From: Tubulanus polymorphus | Lineage: Eukaryota; Animalia; Nemertea | DNA length: 64,000 nucleotides | Assembly (NCBI RefSeq): GCF_964204645.1 | Contig: NC_134034.1 | Span: 14,190,010 to 14,254,009 of the forward strand | Reading direction: 5' to 3' | In this document: in pieces, positions 63,882 through 64,000 of the stretch | Layout of the letters: the number at the start of each line of letters is the position of its first letter | Numbering within the stretch: position 1 is the stretch's first letter | The notes under the pieces: model-generated | Seen by the model: only the letters and a program-made list of their open reading frames with translations | The model's database searches: none | What the model was told of the DNA's origin: nothing | Translations under genes and position numbers: made by a program

Positions 63882-64000
63882 GTAAGTATCCGATGATACA
63901 GGTGGTTGAATCACGTGTGTGAGGAGTGATGAAAAATCGTAGTCTGGTTATCAGCGGTTCAAATTACGGCAAGATATTTTGGAGATTTTCGGAATTAGAA

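Overview
Eukaryotic, AT-rich genomic DNA with short GT-AG introns from a compact invertebrate genome (probably a marine spiralian; the species cannot be determined from the sequence). Splicing exons by hand gives, left to right: the 3' end of an unknown gene; a truncated secreted MRH (mannose-6-phosphate-receptor-homology)-like gene; one orphan SLC6 transporter exon; a ~0.95 kb tandem duplication; an ependymin-related gene (+); a two-kringle gene (-); a large, apparently intact ~30-exon gene for an unannotated TM/signal-ARM-repeat-SPRY-SPRY protein (+); MGST3 (+); an SCP/calexcitin-like EF-hand gene (-); BRAP (+); a TAPP/PLEKHA1-2-like tandem-PH gene (-); SMYD5 (+); a 2.8 kb 48-bp satellite; NELFA (-); tRNA-Asn(GTT); and the 5' part of a group-B bHLH gene (+). 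Introns and intergenic DNA hold many MITEs and minisatellites. There is no CRISPR or other prokaryotic system. The best leads are: (i) the ARM-SPRY-SPRY protein, which has a beta-rich insert; (ii) a patchwork of unrelated gene fragments at 1.5-8 kb (gene capture or misassembly); (iii) minisatellites that appear to arise from MITE termini; (iv) tiny CATGG..CCATG palindromes with 7-bp target duplications resembling P-element excision footprints; (v) a shared AAAATGGCNGC(G)CCCAT motif that supplies start codons or uORFs. All family calls are from motif recognition; no database search was run.
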